A stretch of 64,000 bases of DNA from Candidatus Hermodarchaeota archaeon (GTDB lineage: Archaea; Asgardarchaeota; Thorarchaeia; Thorarchaeales; Thorarchaeaceae), in NCBI GenBank assembly GCA_048885865.1, contig JBHLLF010000009.1:1-64000 (forward strand), read 5' to 3'. The position numbers were made by a program, and so were the translations under genes. Position 1 is the first letter of the stretch; the number at the start of each line of letters is the position of its first letter. Shown one piece after another: positions 1 to 10,038 of this stretch. A model generated the notes under the pieces. That model made no database searches. It was not told where the DNA came from and was given only the letters and a program-made list of their open reading frames with translations.

Positions 1-124
1 TCACTGTTCCGGATTAGGCATGACAATCGGACCGGTCACCTTCGAATCAGATTCGTCGCAGATACTCTATTCTAACCTGGACCTTCCTCAAGCTCCGGAT
101 GGGTTATGGATCACGTGGATTACG

Positions 125-1576
125 TCACATCCATAGCAGCCGTGTGGTCATCATTCTGAGGGGCCGGAGTTCAAATCTCGCCCGATCCGCCATCTCTATC
201 CTGATTGGTTGGTCTAATCTTTCCATTATTTGATTCCCGGCTTCCACAGACTCCACAGATAGAAATTGCTGTCCGGGGGCAGCGTATTCCACAACTCCTC
301 CAACCATTGTCATTAGTACCTCTAAGTCAGCAAGAGTGTTCTCGGGAACTGTCAGCGGATTGTCTGAAAGAATTACCAAGTCTGCGAATTTACCCACCTT
401 AATGTTCCCTTTTACGTCCTCTTGAAACGTGCCATAAGCTGCATCAATTGTAATGAGCCGCAGAGCTTGTTCTACACTTAGAGTCTGGTTTAACATCCAA
501 TCTGTGGGTGTAAGCCCTAGCCCGCCAACCCTTGTGACGGCACTAGAGACCGCATACATTGCTGACCTCTCTATTGTCCCCAGAAGCCAAGGAAAGTCAG
601 TACTGCCTTGGGAAGGTATCCCAGCTTCAAGAATGTCCCTCCATCTACCTGCGAGGTGGGAATAATTCTGCAGAGCTTGAAATGATACTGCCTCCTTCCA
701 GTCTGAATTCATCCACGTGAGTTGGAAAGAAGCGATAATTCCTAGGTCTGCCAACCTCTGTATCTGATCATCTCTTAGTAGGACGAGGTGCTCAATCCGG
801 TGACGGTACTGTTGGTTTGATTGCCCGTCCAAAGCCAATTCCAGAGCGTTTAGTACAATGTCTGTGGCATTATCGACCACACTGTGAATAGCAATCTGGA
901 AACCTAAATCATGAGCTTCCTGTACTAATGAGTTCAATTCAGTCTGAGAGAAGTAGTGAAGCCAACTAGGATAATACCAGCTGTCCATAAAGATCTTCAC
1001 TCCCGCTATCCTGAGCTTTGAACTGTATTCATGCCCCGGTTGATAGGCCTGATACCAATCTCCGAACCTCTCAAACTGCCAGCTCAATGGAAGATAAGCA
1101 TTAACACGAACGCGAAGATTGTCCTGTTGATCCAGAGTTATGAGTCCATCCAGGCGGTCCTGATTTACAAAGAGTTCAGAAATACTGGTCCATCCAGAGC
1201 TAAGCACCGATTCAATTACTTCATCTGCCGTTGATTGATTCACATAACTACGGTCACCTATATGATGAGAATGAGCATCGATAAAACCCGGTAGAAGCGT
1301 CCTTCCCTCAAGGTCGATGAATTGGGTGCTTGGTCCTGCCATCGCGAGGATGGCATTCTCATCGCCGATAGCAACAATATACTCACCTTTGATGGCAAGT
1401 GCCTCGATTTGCACTGGGGATTGCTCCATAGTCAGTATTTCGCCGTTATGTATGATGATGTCAGGCGAATCGCTTGTTTCATTCCAGAATCCTTGTGAAA
1501 TGAGATACAGGACAGAAGCCAGCAAAAGGGCCAGTATTACAAACGAAGCTAAGAGAAGTCCGCGTCTATTCATCAA
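125..1576 (-). CDS. Amidohydrolase family 3 (YtcJ-like) with N-terminal membrane anchor
   Basis: LLPGFIDAHSH, GFQIAIH, HRIEH, GSTDFP and G.IKVGKFADLVILS motifs; hydrophobic N-terminus. Confidence 0.9.
   Translation of the reverse strand: MMNRRGLLLASFVILALLLASVLYLISQGFWNETSDSPDIIIHNGEILTMEQSPVQIEALAIKGEYIVAIGDENAILAMAGPSTQFIDLEGRTLLPGFIDAHSHHIGDRSYVNQSTADEVIESVLSSGWTSISELFVNQDRLDGLITLDQQDNLRVRVNAYLPLSWQFERFGDWYQAYQPGHEYSSKLRIAGVKIFMDSWYYPSWLHYFSQTELNSLVQEAHDLGFQIAIHSVVDNATDIVLNALELALDGQSNQQYRHRIEHLVLLRDDQIQRLADLGIIASFQLTWMNSDWKEAVSFQALQNYSHLAGRWRDILEAGIPSQGSTDFPWLLGTIERSAMYAVSSAVTRVGGLGLTPTDWMLNQTLSVEQALRLITIDAAYGTFQEDVKGNIKVGKFADLVILSDNPLTVPENTLADLEVLMTMVGGVVEYAAPGQQFLSVESVEAGNQIMERLDQPIRIEMADRARFELRPLRMMTTRLLWM
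170..192 (+). repeat. Orphan tRNA 3'-end copy (T-loop to CCA)
   Basis: TTCAAATCTCGCCCGATCCGCCA = T-loop, T-stem 3' strand, acceptor 3' strand, G73, CCA; no matching 5' half folds upstream. Confidence 0.7.
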
Positions 1577-1680
1577 GACATCTCCTTGTTCCTAACCAAT
1601 TGGAATTCTACTGTTGGAAGCCGGTAAATAATCATCCGTTCAGGCGTTCTTTAGGCCCCTAGGACTGAAATCGCCGCAAC

Positions 1681-1703
1681 TTCAGACTGCATCCGGTCCA
1701 CCA
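1681..1703 (+). repeat. Degenerate tRNA 3'-end copy
   Basis: TTCAGACTGCATCCGGTCCACCA, 15/23 identical to 170-192 in the same register, mostly transitions, followed by a pyrimidine tract. Confidence 0.5.
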
Positions 1704-1724
1704 TTTCTCCGAGCGAGCTAGAGA

Positions 1725-2870
1725 TTATCCTAAGATTTCTTCCATTCTATCAATTGCTTCCACGATTCTATCTTCAGGTTGAAGAACTGTCATTCTGAAG
1801 AAGTTCTCATATCGTTGATTAAAGACATCACCTGGTGCTACTACGACATTCTTCTTTGAGAGTAATTCCATCGTGAACTCGCGACCGGTCATGTCCACCT
1901 CAATTTCCGGAAACACGTAGAACGTCCCGTCAGGACGGTAGAATGAAACAGGCAAGCGCTCAAGTTCCTTGCAGGCAGTAGAGAGACGGTCTTCGACTAT
2001 TTTCGAGTAGGAATTGGCTTCATCGACGCAGTCGAGGGCGGCCATTCCAGCATATTGGATAAACTCAGGTATTGAGATGACGCTCTGTCTCTGTCTTTTC
2101 ACCATATTTGATGCGTTTGGCACATCTGTCACAACATATCCAAGTCGATACCCTGTCATCCCGAACTCCTTGGAGAATGAGCCAACATAGGTCTGTTTAC
2201 AATCAGGAAACTCCAGAATACTTGTGAATTCGGTGCCGTAATTGAGAGTGGAATAGACCTCATCACTCAACACATAGATGCCATTGTCTGAGGCAACTTC
2301 AGCAATCTGTTTCATGGTATCTCGATTGAGGGTCTTCCCTACCGGATTGTTCGGTGTTATCGTTATGATCATCTTTGTCTTGTTGTTGATAGCCTCTACC
2401 AGTCTGTCGATATCAGGGTCCCATTGCGCCTCAAGGTCTGTGAAAAGGAGAACTGGATGTGCGCCAACATCACGTACTGAGAAGAGGTATGGAGGGTATA
2501 CAGGTGCTATCACAACGACCTCATCGCCTGGGCCTACCAAATGATCTATGCACAGATTGATTGCTTGTCGTGCACCAACCGTGATGATCACATTGTCCTC
2601 GCTCAAATCACGATTGAATTTTCCACCAACAACTGATGCGATCTTTTCCCTGAATTCTGGAATACCCGCTGAATCGGTATACTTGGTCTTGTTGTTATTG
2701 AGTGCCTCGATGGTAGCGTCAATCACCCTCTTAGGAGGACCAAAGTCAGGGTCCCCAATTGCAAGATGAATGAGATCTTTGCCTTCCCTCTCTAGTTTCC
2801 GCGCAGTTTGGAATATCTCGAACAGCGTTCTGTCTTCTGCCATTTCAGCACATCCTTCACACTTGAGCAC
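1725..2870 (-). CDS. PLP-dependent aminotransferase class I/II (aspartate aminotransferase-like)
   Basis: GDPDF, PNNPVG, SDEVY, SFSKEFGMTGYRLGY (PLP lysine). Confidence 0.95.
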   Translation of the reverse strand: MLKCEGCAEMAEDRTLFEIFQTARKLEREGKDLIHLAIGDPDFGPPKRVIDATIEALNNNKTKYTDSAGIPEFREKIASVVGGKFNRDLSEDNVIITVGARQAINLCIDHLVGPGDEVVVIAPVYPPYLFSVRDVGAHPVLLFTDLEAQWDPDIDRLVEAINNKTKMIITITPNNPVGKTLNRDTMKQIAEVASDNGIYVLSDEVYSTLNYGTEFTSILEFPDCKQTYVGSFSKEFGMTGYRLGYVVTDVPNASNMVKRQRQSVISIPEFIQYAGMAALDCVDEANSYSKIVEDRLSTACKELERLPVSFYRPDGTFYVFPEIEVDMTGREFTMELLSKKNVVVAPGDVFNQRYENFFRMTVLQPEDRIVEAIDRMEEILG

Positions 2871-3052
2871 ATAGCCCCAAGATTTTTACATTTGAAGTGT
2901 GCTAGAGCTGGATTGTCTCTGCAAATATGTTTCCATCCAAATAGGAATCATTGCTTCCGAAGAGAGAATAGGAAAGACTCACCATGCCCACCAGCCATCA
3001 CATCAAGTCTATATACAGGCCATACTGTCATTCCGACGTGTGAGTTGATTCA

Positions 3053-4180
3053 ATGGTAGACCAGGAAACCTGGGAGCGTACTGTGCTTCAAAAACTTGAA
3101 TTGCCAAATGGATTATTGGCGTCCAGCCGAATTATGCGGGCTGCAACTTGGATGGGACAGGCAGAAGGAGATGGAAAATGTGGTGACACAATCATTGAAA
3201 CTTACGGAAAGATTAGGGCAGGTATCATCGTAACTGGCTTTCAATATGTCATGAATGAAGGACAGGCTATTCGGCATATGATTTCGAATAGCAAGCCCGA
3301 AGATGTTGCAGGTCTAAAGCGCCTGGCCGCTGTGATTCACTCTACAGGGGCTCTAGCAGCAGCTCAATTGGTCCATTGTGGAAGCAGAAGCTGGCCCAAA
3401 CTGACTGGTAATGATGTAGTATTTGGGCCCAGCGATATGGAGGTCCCTCAGCAGAAGGGAGAGGCTGTTCAGGTAAAGGCGATGACAGTAGACCATGTTG
3501 AAAGAACCACTCAGGCCTATGCAGATGCGGCGGCGCGTGCAGTTGATGCAGGATTTGATCTTATTGAACTCCACGGAGCCCATCATTATGGACTGTGGCA
3601 ATTCTTTGACCCATCATACAATAAACGTCCTGTGAATGATCCATACACAGGATCGACAATTGAGGGTCGCTCAAAAGCAATGGTCGATGCTGTACGAGCT
3701 GTCAGAGAGATGGTGGATGTTCCAATCCAAGTCAAGGTGGATTCAAGCTCAGAGTATGTCAGACCAGGAGAAGTAGGTGAGCTAACAAAGAAGCTCGCTG
3801 AAGCAGGCGCATACTGTGTGATATTCAGCGGCCCCAATTCAATGCAAGACCCAAAGGATTCTGGAGAGGCGTATTTCTTGGATTATGCAATGGAGATCCG
3901 TTCGATTGCAAAAGGTAGTGGTCTTCTATTCGGACTAGTAGGTGGGATAAGGTCTCCAGAGACCGTTGTCAGATTGCTATCAGGAAATGGAAATCCCACA
4001 GATGCGTTTGATGTGATTCAGCTTAGTCGTCCGTTGATTAGTGAACCCGCGTTATTGGAACGTTGGACTGAAGAAGCAAAGAGTGGAAAACAGGAACCGG
4101 CTCGGTGTATATCCTGCAACAGTTGTTTCCGAGCAGGATTTAGGGACAAGGTGAGGTGTGTTCAATTCGAAGATCAATAA
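3053..4180 (+). CDS. NADH:flavin oxidoreductase (Old Yellow Enzyme family)
   Basis: AQLVHCG, AGFDLIELHGAHHY, VGGIRS, SRPLISEP, C-terminal CISCNSC. Confidence 0.92.
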   Translation: MVDQETWERTVLQKLELPNGLLASSRIMRAATWMGQAEGDGKCGDTIIETYGKIRAGIIVTGFQYVMNEGQAIRHMISNSKPEDVAGLKRLAAVIHSTGALAAAQLVHCGSRSWPKLTGNDVVFGPSDMEVPQQKGEAVQVKAMTVDHVERTTQAYADAAARAVDAGFDLIELHGAHHYGLWQFFDPSYNKRPVNDPYTGSTIEGRSKAMVDAVRAVREMVDVPIQVKVDSSSEYVRPGEVGELTKKLAEAGAYCVIFSGPNSMQDPKDSGEAYFLDYAMEIRSIAKGSGLLFGLVGGIRSPETVVRLLSGNGNPTDAFDVIQLSRPLISEPALLERWTEEAKSGKQEPARCISCNSCFRAGFRDKVRCVQFEDQ

Positions 4181-4329
4181 TGTCGAACGCGATGACAACT
4201 CTTTGCCGTCTTATGCTGAGGCAGAGTGCAGGCATCTATGACCGGACCCATTATCCGGATATCGACATTTACTAACGCTTAATACCAATGTGTCTGCATA
4301 ATCTCTGCAATAGTAAAGGAGGACCAACA

Positions 4330-4491
4330 ATGGAAAAAGGTCATGACCAGCATATGTGTGTATTCTCTCGACATAACGATGTTGCGCAAATCGTAGAACG
4401 CGTCAAGGGTGCAAAGTTCATGTGTCAGAACTGTGGCAGAGTTGCTAACAAAAAGGAGTATCTCTGCAAACCCATAGCAGTCGAAGTATAA
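4330..4491 (+). CDS. Small Cys/His zinc-binding protein
   Basis: AAGGAGG SD before ATG 4330; HxxHxC...CQNCGR...LCKP pattern. Confidence 0.75.
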   Translation: MEKGHDQHMCVFSRHNDVAQIVERVKGAKFMCQNCGRVANKKEYLCKPIAVEV

Positions 4492-4707
4492 GCTGCTACA
4501 GCAATTTCGACACGACGTGCAATCGCGTTGCTCAAGAATCATTATCATGATTCAGAGCTATTTGAAGGGGGAATGAGATACCCCGACTCAAGAGGCCGGG
4601 GTATCAAGTATCTATGGGAACATGAGAGGAGTCCATATACTCAACTTTTTCCAGCCGCTTATCTCGGTAATGTCGCTCAAACTCATCAGGAGAGCAATAG
4701 ACTGCAG

Positions 4708-5157
4708 CTACATGTCTTTGTTGATTTCTCTAAGCCAAGCTGGAGCTCGAAATTCCTTTACAACTAACCATCGCCCTTTGCTCCAGTCAGGATATGGCTT
4801 GATATCTAGAACAGGGGATTTATCACAGGCGTCAAGACCCCGGACCCACAGAATGTTTTCTTCTCGTCTGATGAGCTCCACCAGGGATAGCCCAATTGAA
4901 TTTGGATGCCTTGGCGACCTGGCGGCCAAAACTCCATCCTTGGCCCACTCTGACCTCTCTAAGGATACTTGATGCAGATAGTAGATTATGTAGACATGCG
5001 ACCATTCTTCAATTCCGTTCAATGCAGGAGTTAGTTCGCTGTCAATTATGATTCGGACCAAATGTGATAGATCTCGCTCATCTTCTTCTGCAGACTCTCG
5101 TGCTATATAGCCAATTGGAAACATCTGGATGTTATCTGAGTCGGACAATCTCTCCAC
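4708..5157 (-). CDS. tsaA: tRNA m6t6A37 methyltransferase TsaA/TrmO-like
   Basis: PIGYI, GVLAARSPRHPNSIGLS, GLDACDKSPVLDIKPY. Confidence 0.85.
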   Translation of the reverse strand: MERLSDSDNIQMFPIGYIARESAEEDERDLSHLVRIIIDSELTPALNGIEEWSHVYIIYYLHQVSLERSEWAKDGVLAARSPRHPNSIGLSLVELIRREENILWVRGLDACDKSPVLDIKPYPDWSKGRWLVVKEFRAPAWLREINKDM

Positions 5158-5255
5158 AATTTGTCATGGTCATCAACAGTGATTAAAAAACTGTGCCAGA
5201 CCGACCTTACTATTCGGCTTCCAGTATCATCTGAGGTGTGTCTAGGAGAAACGAT

Positions 5256-5444
5256 CTAAGGGGTATTCCGCGTCCTTTCCACATCCTGCTCTTCACTATC
5301 TTCGGATGAGTTTTCTGGTTTGTCAGTGATTCCTAGCATCTTGCGCCATGCCTTCTTTCCAGCCTCATCAAGGTCTTCTGCGACTGCCTGCATAATGGCA
5401 ACCACTTTGAAGGCGGTTTCCTGCTCCTTCTCTTCTTTGCTCAA
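5256..5444 (-). CDS. Small hypothetical protein
   Basis: 62-aa ORF co-oriented directly downstream of the DUF1801 gene. Confidence 0.5.
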   Translation of the reverse strand: MSKEEKEQETAFKVVAIMQAVAEDLDEAGKKAWRKMLGITDKPENSSEDSEEQDVERTRNTP

Positions 5445-5458
5445 TGATATCAGATAGA

Positions 5459-5866
5459 TTATCTGTCAAACCGTTTAAGGGATTTCTTGATTATCTTCTT
5501 GAGCACGTTTTTGTCTACATCTGCGAGCTTGTTGATGTAAAGGCATGATTTTCCAATTTTGTGTTTGCCCAGCTTATCGAGTAAATCCTTGTACTCTTCA
5601 AAACCTGACATGATATAGACTGTAAGGCTCTTTTTTCTGGGAGAGAACCCTGTCAGGGGCATATCACCCTCGCGTCCGCTTTCGTATTTGTAATGATATG
5701 ACCCAAACCCAATGATGGACGGCCCCCACATTATGGGCTCTTCATTTGTTATTTCCTTCATCATCTCTAGAAGCTCAAAGCCGTCTTCTCTTCTCTGAGG
5801 ATGCTCAACGTCTTTCAAGAAGTCTTCAACACTTGCATCCGTGGGTCTTGTCTTTGCTTCACTCAT
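5459..5866 (-). CDS. DUF1801 / YdhG-like protein
   Basis: MWGPSIIGFGSYHYKYESGREGD, GFSPRK, LGKHKIGKSCLYI. Confidence 0.9.
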   Translation of the reverse strand: MSEAKTRPTDASVEDFLKDVEHPQRREDGFELLEMMKEITNEEPIMWGPSIIGFGSYHYKYESGREGDMPLTGFSPRKKSLTVYIMSGFEEYKDLLDKLGKHKIGKSCLYINKLADVDKNVLKKIIKKSLKRFDR

Positions 5867-5934
5867 AATTATAGTTAAGTTGTAGAGTAATAAAATGGTT
5901 TCTCTAGCTGCCGAAGCAATTACTAACGATTCAA

Positions 5935-6468
5935 TTATCTCTGAAGTGCTGCGGCTACAGGCAAATCAATCTGCAGAACTGAACCCTCATAGTGCTGAAT
6001 CCGAGCGCCTGCGCGTTCGGCAATTGTGATAATCGCGACGTTGTTTGATAGGACGTGCGCTCTCAGGTGCTTAATCCCGTTTTCGTCTGCAAGCTCTGCA
6101 AGTGCCTGCAATAGCTGAGTTCCAAGTCCTCTGTTCTGGAATTCATCAATGACCGTCACTGCCGCTTCTGCAACATCCGGCTCGCCCTCACATCGGACAT
6201 ACCTAGCGATGCCAATCCCGACCATGGGATCCTGACTAGTGTCGAATGCACAGATGGCCAGATGATGATCCTGGTCTATCTTCTTGAGTTCCTTGAGCTG
6301 AGCATCAGGTAGCTTGCACAAGCTCGTCATGAATCGGAGGTAGAAGGAACTATCTGAGATCTTCTTCAGTCCTTCACGCACTTCATTAATGTCGTCAGGC
6401 TCGTACATCCTAATGAGTACGGGTGTTCCATCCTTTAGTTGCGATTCACGACGAAATTCGATTGTCAA
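5935..6468 (-). CDS. GNAT acetyltransferase
   Basis: LKDGTPVLIR, ARYVR, AEAAVTVIDEFQNRGLGT acetyl-CoA motif. Confidence 0.9.
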   Translation of the reverse strand: MTIEFRRESQLKDGTPVLIRMYEPDDINEVREGLKKISDSSFYLRFMTSLCKLPDAQLKELKKIDQDHHLAICAFDTSQDPMVGIGIARYVRCEGEPDVAEAAVTVIDEFQNRGLGTQLLQALAELADENGIKHLRAHVLSNNVAIITIAERAGARIQHYEGSVLQIDLPVAAALQR

Positions 6469-6525
6469 TACTTGCTCGATCTAGAATACTCACCACTTCG
6501 CTATATATCATATCGACCGAAATCG

Positions 6526-7614
6526 CTAGTTAGAATTTTGATAATCCACGCCAAGTCCAGGACCAACGGGACGGAGGATTGTTCCTTGGTCTTCTACTAA
6601 TCCCTGTATAGGATCATCCGCCAGCTCCTGTGTGCCTATTTCATGAGGATGGTTGAAGTTAGAACCCGAGAGGACAAGATGGACTGCAGCAGACACTCCA
6701 ATCTGAGTTTCCCATGGACTGATCACAACGCACTCAATCCCATGCTCCTCAGCTAGCGATGCGATTTGTCTTGCCCTGTAAATCCCGCCGTGTTTTATGA
6801 GTTTGAGCCCGAAGAAGTCCACCGCTTCGTGTTCAATAAGTGATTCTGCGTCTTTGATTGTGTATAGCGACTCATCGGCCATGATGGGTGTGCCACTTTC
6901 TTTTCGAATTTGGCCAAGGCCATCATGATTGTCTGCAGCTACGGGCTGTTCGAGGTATTCTAAGTCGATGTTCTCAGTTTTACGTAGTACCTTTAGCGCT
7001 GTTTCAACTGAATATCCTGTGTTGGCGTCTGCACGAATTCTAACGGAATCTCCTACAACATCTCTCACTATCTTCAGGGTTTCAATGTCTTGGGCTGGCT
7101 CGATTCCAACTTTGATCTTGATAGCTCTGGCCCCATGCTCTACTTCCTGCAAAGCTGTCTTCGCAATCTCAGCGGGATTTCCAATCCCTAGCACCTTTGC
7201 CAACTCCACATGGTCACGGGAAAGACCGCCGAGAATCTGGTAGACGGGAACGCCCCTCAACTTTCCTGCGAGATCATGAAGAGCAATGTCAATTCCGGCT
7301 CTCGCTGTGCCTCCCGCCAGAGGATATTCATCCAGGTCCTCATTGAGATTGTCAAAATCAAACGGATCTTTCCCAGTCATACTAGGCCCCAAGTCCTGAT
7401 CGATGACACGTTTGATATGATTGAAGTCATCGTCAGCCGTAAAGGGGAGGGGACAAGCCTCACCAATGCCTGTAATTCCATTGTCGGCAGTGATCCAAAC
7501 CATCACGTGATGGCGAGTGGTGGGTTCGCTTCCATAGGTGGTAACGAATTCACCGGCGAGATGCGTCTGTACTAATCGAGTTCTAAATGATGCTATTGAT
7601 ACCATATTCCTCAC
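6526..7614 (-). CDS. Enolase superfamily, dipeptide epimerase / muconate lactonizing enzyme subgroup
   Basis: GIGEA, DIALHDL, KIKVG, DANTGY, EQP, ADES, KLIKHGG. Confidence 0.92.
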   Translation of the reverse strand: MRNMVSIASFRTRLVQTHLAGEFVTTYGSEPTTRHHVMVWITADNGITGIGEACPLPFTADDDFNHIKRVIDQDLGPSMTGKDPFDFDNLNEDLDEYPLAGGTARAGIDIALHDLAGKLRGVPVYQILGGLSRDHVELAKVLGIGNPAEIAKTALQEVEHGARAIKIKVGIEPAQDIETLKIVRDVVGDSVRIRADANTGYSVETALKVLRKTENIDLEYLEQPVAADNHDGLGQIRKESGTPIMADESLYTIKDAESLIEHEAVDFFGLKLIKHGGIYRARQIASLAEEHGIECVVISPWETQIGVSAAVHLVLSGSNFNHPHEIGTQELADDPIQGLVEDQGTILRPVGPGLGVDYQNSN

Positions 7615-7792
7615 AGGATCTCTTTTTTCATCAGGTCTGGCAACACGATTAGATTAATCTGCTTGGACAAGTCCTCGTTATGTAACACATCATCCTAAGT
7701 AGGACTTTATACTCATCCTCCAATAGAGTCCTTTGGTAATTGAACACAGTAGATTGATAACCATCCTGCTGATGTACCTAAGGTGATGCCAC

Positions 7793-7996
7793 ATGCAATT
7801 CGCACAACCCCAGTATATGGACACATTCTTCCAGTACATATTCGGCTTCTTTGACCAGCTGTTCGCGACGCCCCTGCAGCCTTATATTCAATTGGGACCA
7901 GGAGACTGGTTCTTCGTAATCTATACCCTATTTTGGATAGTTGTAGTGGCAGTAGTCCGGAGACGCGGCGGTCGTAGAAGCACGTATCAAGTCTAG
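7793..7996 (+). CDS. Small single-pass membrane protein
   Basis: AGGTGA SD; TM segment followed by RRRGGRR. Confidence 0.65.
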   Translation: MQFAQPQYMDTFFQYIFGFFDQLFATPLQPYIQLGPGDWFFVIYTLFWIVVVAVVRRRGGRRSTYQV

Positions 7997-8147
7997 CAAG
8001 ATTGTTTTAATTGAGGACGGAGGACCGGCCAACAAGTCCTCATCGTATGACAATTCGCGATTGGAAACTAGGTTCAAGCATCGAGCATCGCATTTTTCTG
8101 CTAATACGGGTGAGTTGGATAATAGCAGAAGCAGGTTGGCAATTTAC

Positions 8148-8726
8148 ATGCATAAACTCCTCCTAGAAATTCCGACTCTCCTGGAATCGGAAACCCTGAT
8201 TGTCAGAAAATTCGAGAGAGGCGACGGAAAAGGTCTCCTAGCCTTGTTGGAACGCAACAGCAACAGAGAGTTTCTCAGAGAGGCCGCTGATGAAGTAGAT
8301 GACATCAAGACGCTAGATGATGCTGAAATTGATATCAGAGAACATGCAGCAGAGTGGGAATCCAGAAAGAGGTTCGTAATGGGCATTTGGCTGAAGGCTA
8401 CAGGCGAATATGTAGGACAGATTTGGATTGAACCAAAGAGGTGGGAAGTACCATCTTTTGAGCTAGGCTATTACATTGATCAGGGCTGTGCTCGAAAGGG
8501 GATAGCAACCGAAGCAGCCAAACGGGCATTGAGATTCCTATTCGAAGACTTGAAGGCTCACAAAGTGATAATCATAACTCGCGATACAAATGAGAGAAGT
8601 TGGAAACTGGCAGAGAGATTGGGATTCAAGAGGGAGGGGCATCATCGAGAGTGCAATATAAGGGATGGAAAGCGTTGGGGTCTCTTCTATTATGGAATGT
8701 TGAGATCTGAGTTCAAGAGTGCTTAA
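8148..8726 (+). CDS. GNAT acetyltransferase, RimJ/RimL family
   Basis: FELGYY, RKGIATEA, NERSWKLAERLGFKREG; start moved to ATG 8148. Confidence 0.9.
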   Translation: MHKLLLEIPTLLESETLIVRKFERGDGKGLLALLERNSNREFLREAADEVDDIKTLDDAEIDIREHAAEWESRKRFVMGIWLKATGEYVGQIWIEPKRWEVPSFELGYYIDQGCARKGIATEAAKRALRFLFEDLKAHKVIIITRDTNERSWKLAERLGFKREGHHRECNIRDGKRWGLFYYGMLRSEFKSA

Positions 8727-8751
8727 GTGATAGGTTGGAGAGGGCTGAGAT

Positions 8752-9387
8752 ATGGACGATGAAATCCGTGAAGAACTCACTCGCCTTGTAATGGAAATGG
8801 GGCAAGACCTTGAGGATCCGGAGAGTTATCTGAAGCTCGGTTGGAAACTATATGACGAGTCACGCCTCGAAGATGCAACGCAAGCCTATGAAATAGCTTT
8901 AGAACTCAATCCGTCCTATGCAGATGCATGGCGCGAGTTGGGAGCCACGTTATTCATCCTGGGTCACAATGAAGAGGCCGAGTCTGCGATGACTACTGGA
9001 CTGAAACACGACTCAAATGATGCCGACGCATGGTACAATCTAGGATGCCTCTATAATGCAAATGAGCGAGAAGAGGAAGCGGAGAAGGCTTTTAGGACTG
9101 CACTCGAGTATCAACCGGAGGGCCCGGACATATGGTGCAATCTGGGTATCCTATTGGCTTCAATTGGCCGTACTGATGAAGCCGAAACAGCTCTCAAGAA
9201 GGCGGTCGAGATTAGACCTGAGCATTTAGTGGCTTGGCTCAATCTTGTCAAACTACTCTATTCTGAAAATCGAGAGGAGGAAGCCGAGAATGCATATGAT
9301 GCAGCGGTTTCTCATGTCCCTGGATTTGAGAACTTCGTGGAGTCACTGAAGGATTTTGCAGACGACAAGCTCGACGAGGCGAGTTGA
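8752..9387 (+). CDS. TPR repeat protein
   Basis: About five TPR units (AWxxLG...A...A.EL.P). Confidence 0.9.
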   Translation: MDDEIREELTRLVMEMGQDLEDPESYLKLGWKLYDESRLEDATQAYEIALELNPSYADAWRELGATLFILGHNEEAESAMTTGLKHDSNDADAWYNLGCLYNANEREEEAEKAFRTALEYQPEGPDIWCNLGILLASIGRTDEAETALKKAVEIRPEHLVAWLNLVKLLYSENREEEAENAYDAAVSHVPGFENFVESLKDFADDKLDEAS

Positions 9388-9959
9388 GATTGAGCTTCGA
9401 GAACTCCTTTGAAACGCCAGTACAGAAAATAGAACTTGAGCAGCTCCCTCGAGAAGGACTGATAATTGACATTGGTGGCGGTGGAGAGGGTCTAGTCTCC
9501 CGAATTGAAACCTCCAGAGTCTGCGCGGTGGACTTCAATTTGAATAAGATTAGAGAGGCCATGATCTATGGTCAGATGTCACAGTGGATACTCTCTGACG
9601 CAAGGATGCTGCCAGTAAAGGATGAGGGGTTCAATGTAGCCACTCTTTGGTTCTCTCTCGGATATATTCAAGATTGGGACTCAAAGAGACAAGTATTAGC
9701 TGAAGCAGCAAGAGCGATGAAGCAATCTGGACATATCTCAATCATTGGTGCGAGAATCACATGCTCTGACTCAAGATTCGTCATAAGAACGCTTTTTCAT
9801 TTTCCCGATGGATCGATTTCCAAGATGAGCTATGGTATGGCTGGCATGCAGAGGCAGGATGCAGAATCTGTTGTCAATTTGATTCAAGAAACGGGCTTCA
9901 GCAATATCACATGTGAAGACAATGGACATTGGTTTCGTGTTAATGCACAGAAACAATAG
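9384..9959 (+). CDS. Class I SAM-dependent methyltransferase
   Basis: IIDIGGGGEG motif I; DARMLP. Confidence 0.85.
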   Translation: MRLSFENSFETPVQKIELEQLPREGLIIDIGGGGEGLVSRIETSRVCAVDFNLNKIREAMIYGQMSQWILSDARMLPVKDEGFNVATLWFSLGYIQDWDSKRQVLAEAARAMKQSGHISIIGARITCSDSRFVIRTLFHFPDGSISKMSYGMAGMQRQDAESVVNLIQETGFSNITCEDNGHWFRVNAQKQ

Positions 9960-10038
9960 CTAGAGTTGACTGTGTTCCAAAAGCTTAAAGTGGAAACCGT
10001 TTGTCTGAGCGGCCAACTCAGAAGCCAGGTGGAGAAGA

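Noticed and set aside
11-192. Possible tRNA-Sec or multi-intron tRNA (GGATTAGGC pairs 8/9 with GCCCGATCC; hairpin near 100-143)
   Set aside because: No proper anticodon loop, no U8 and no consistent BHB could be built; only the 3' end is tRNA-like.
2972-2993. Further very degenerate tRNA-end copies here and near 4235, 29858, 57275, 60902 and 14236 (minus strand)
   Set aside because: Require gaps or have too few matches to distinguish from chance by eye.
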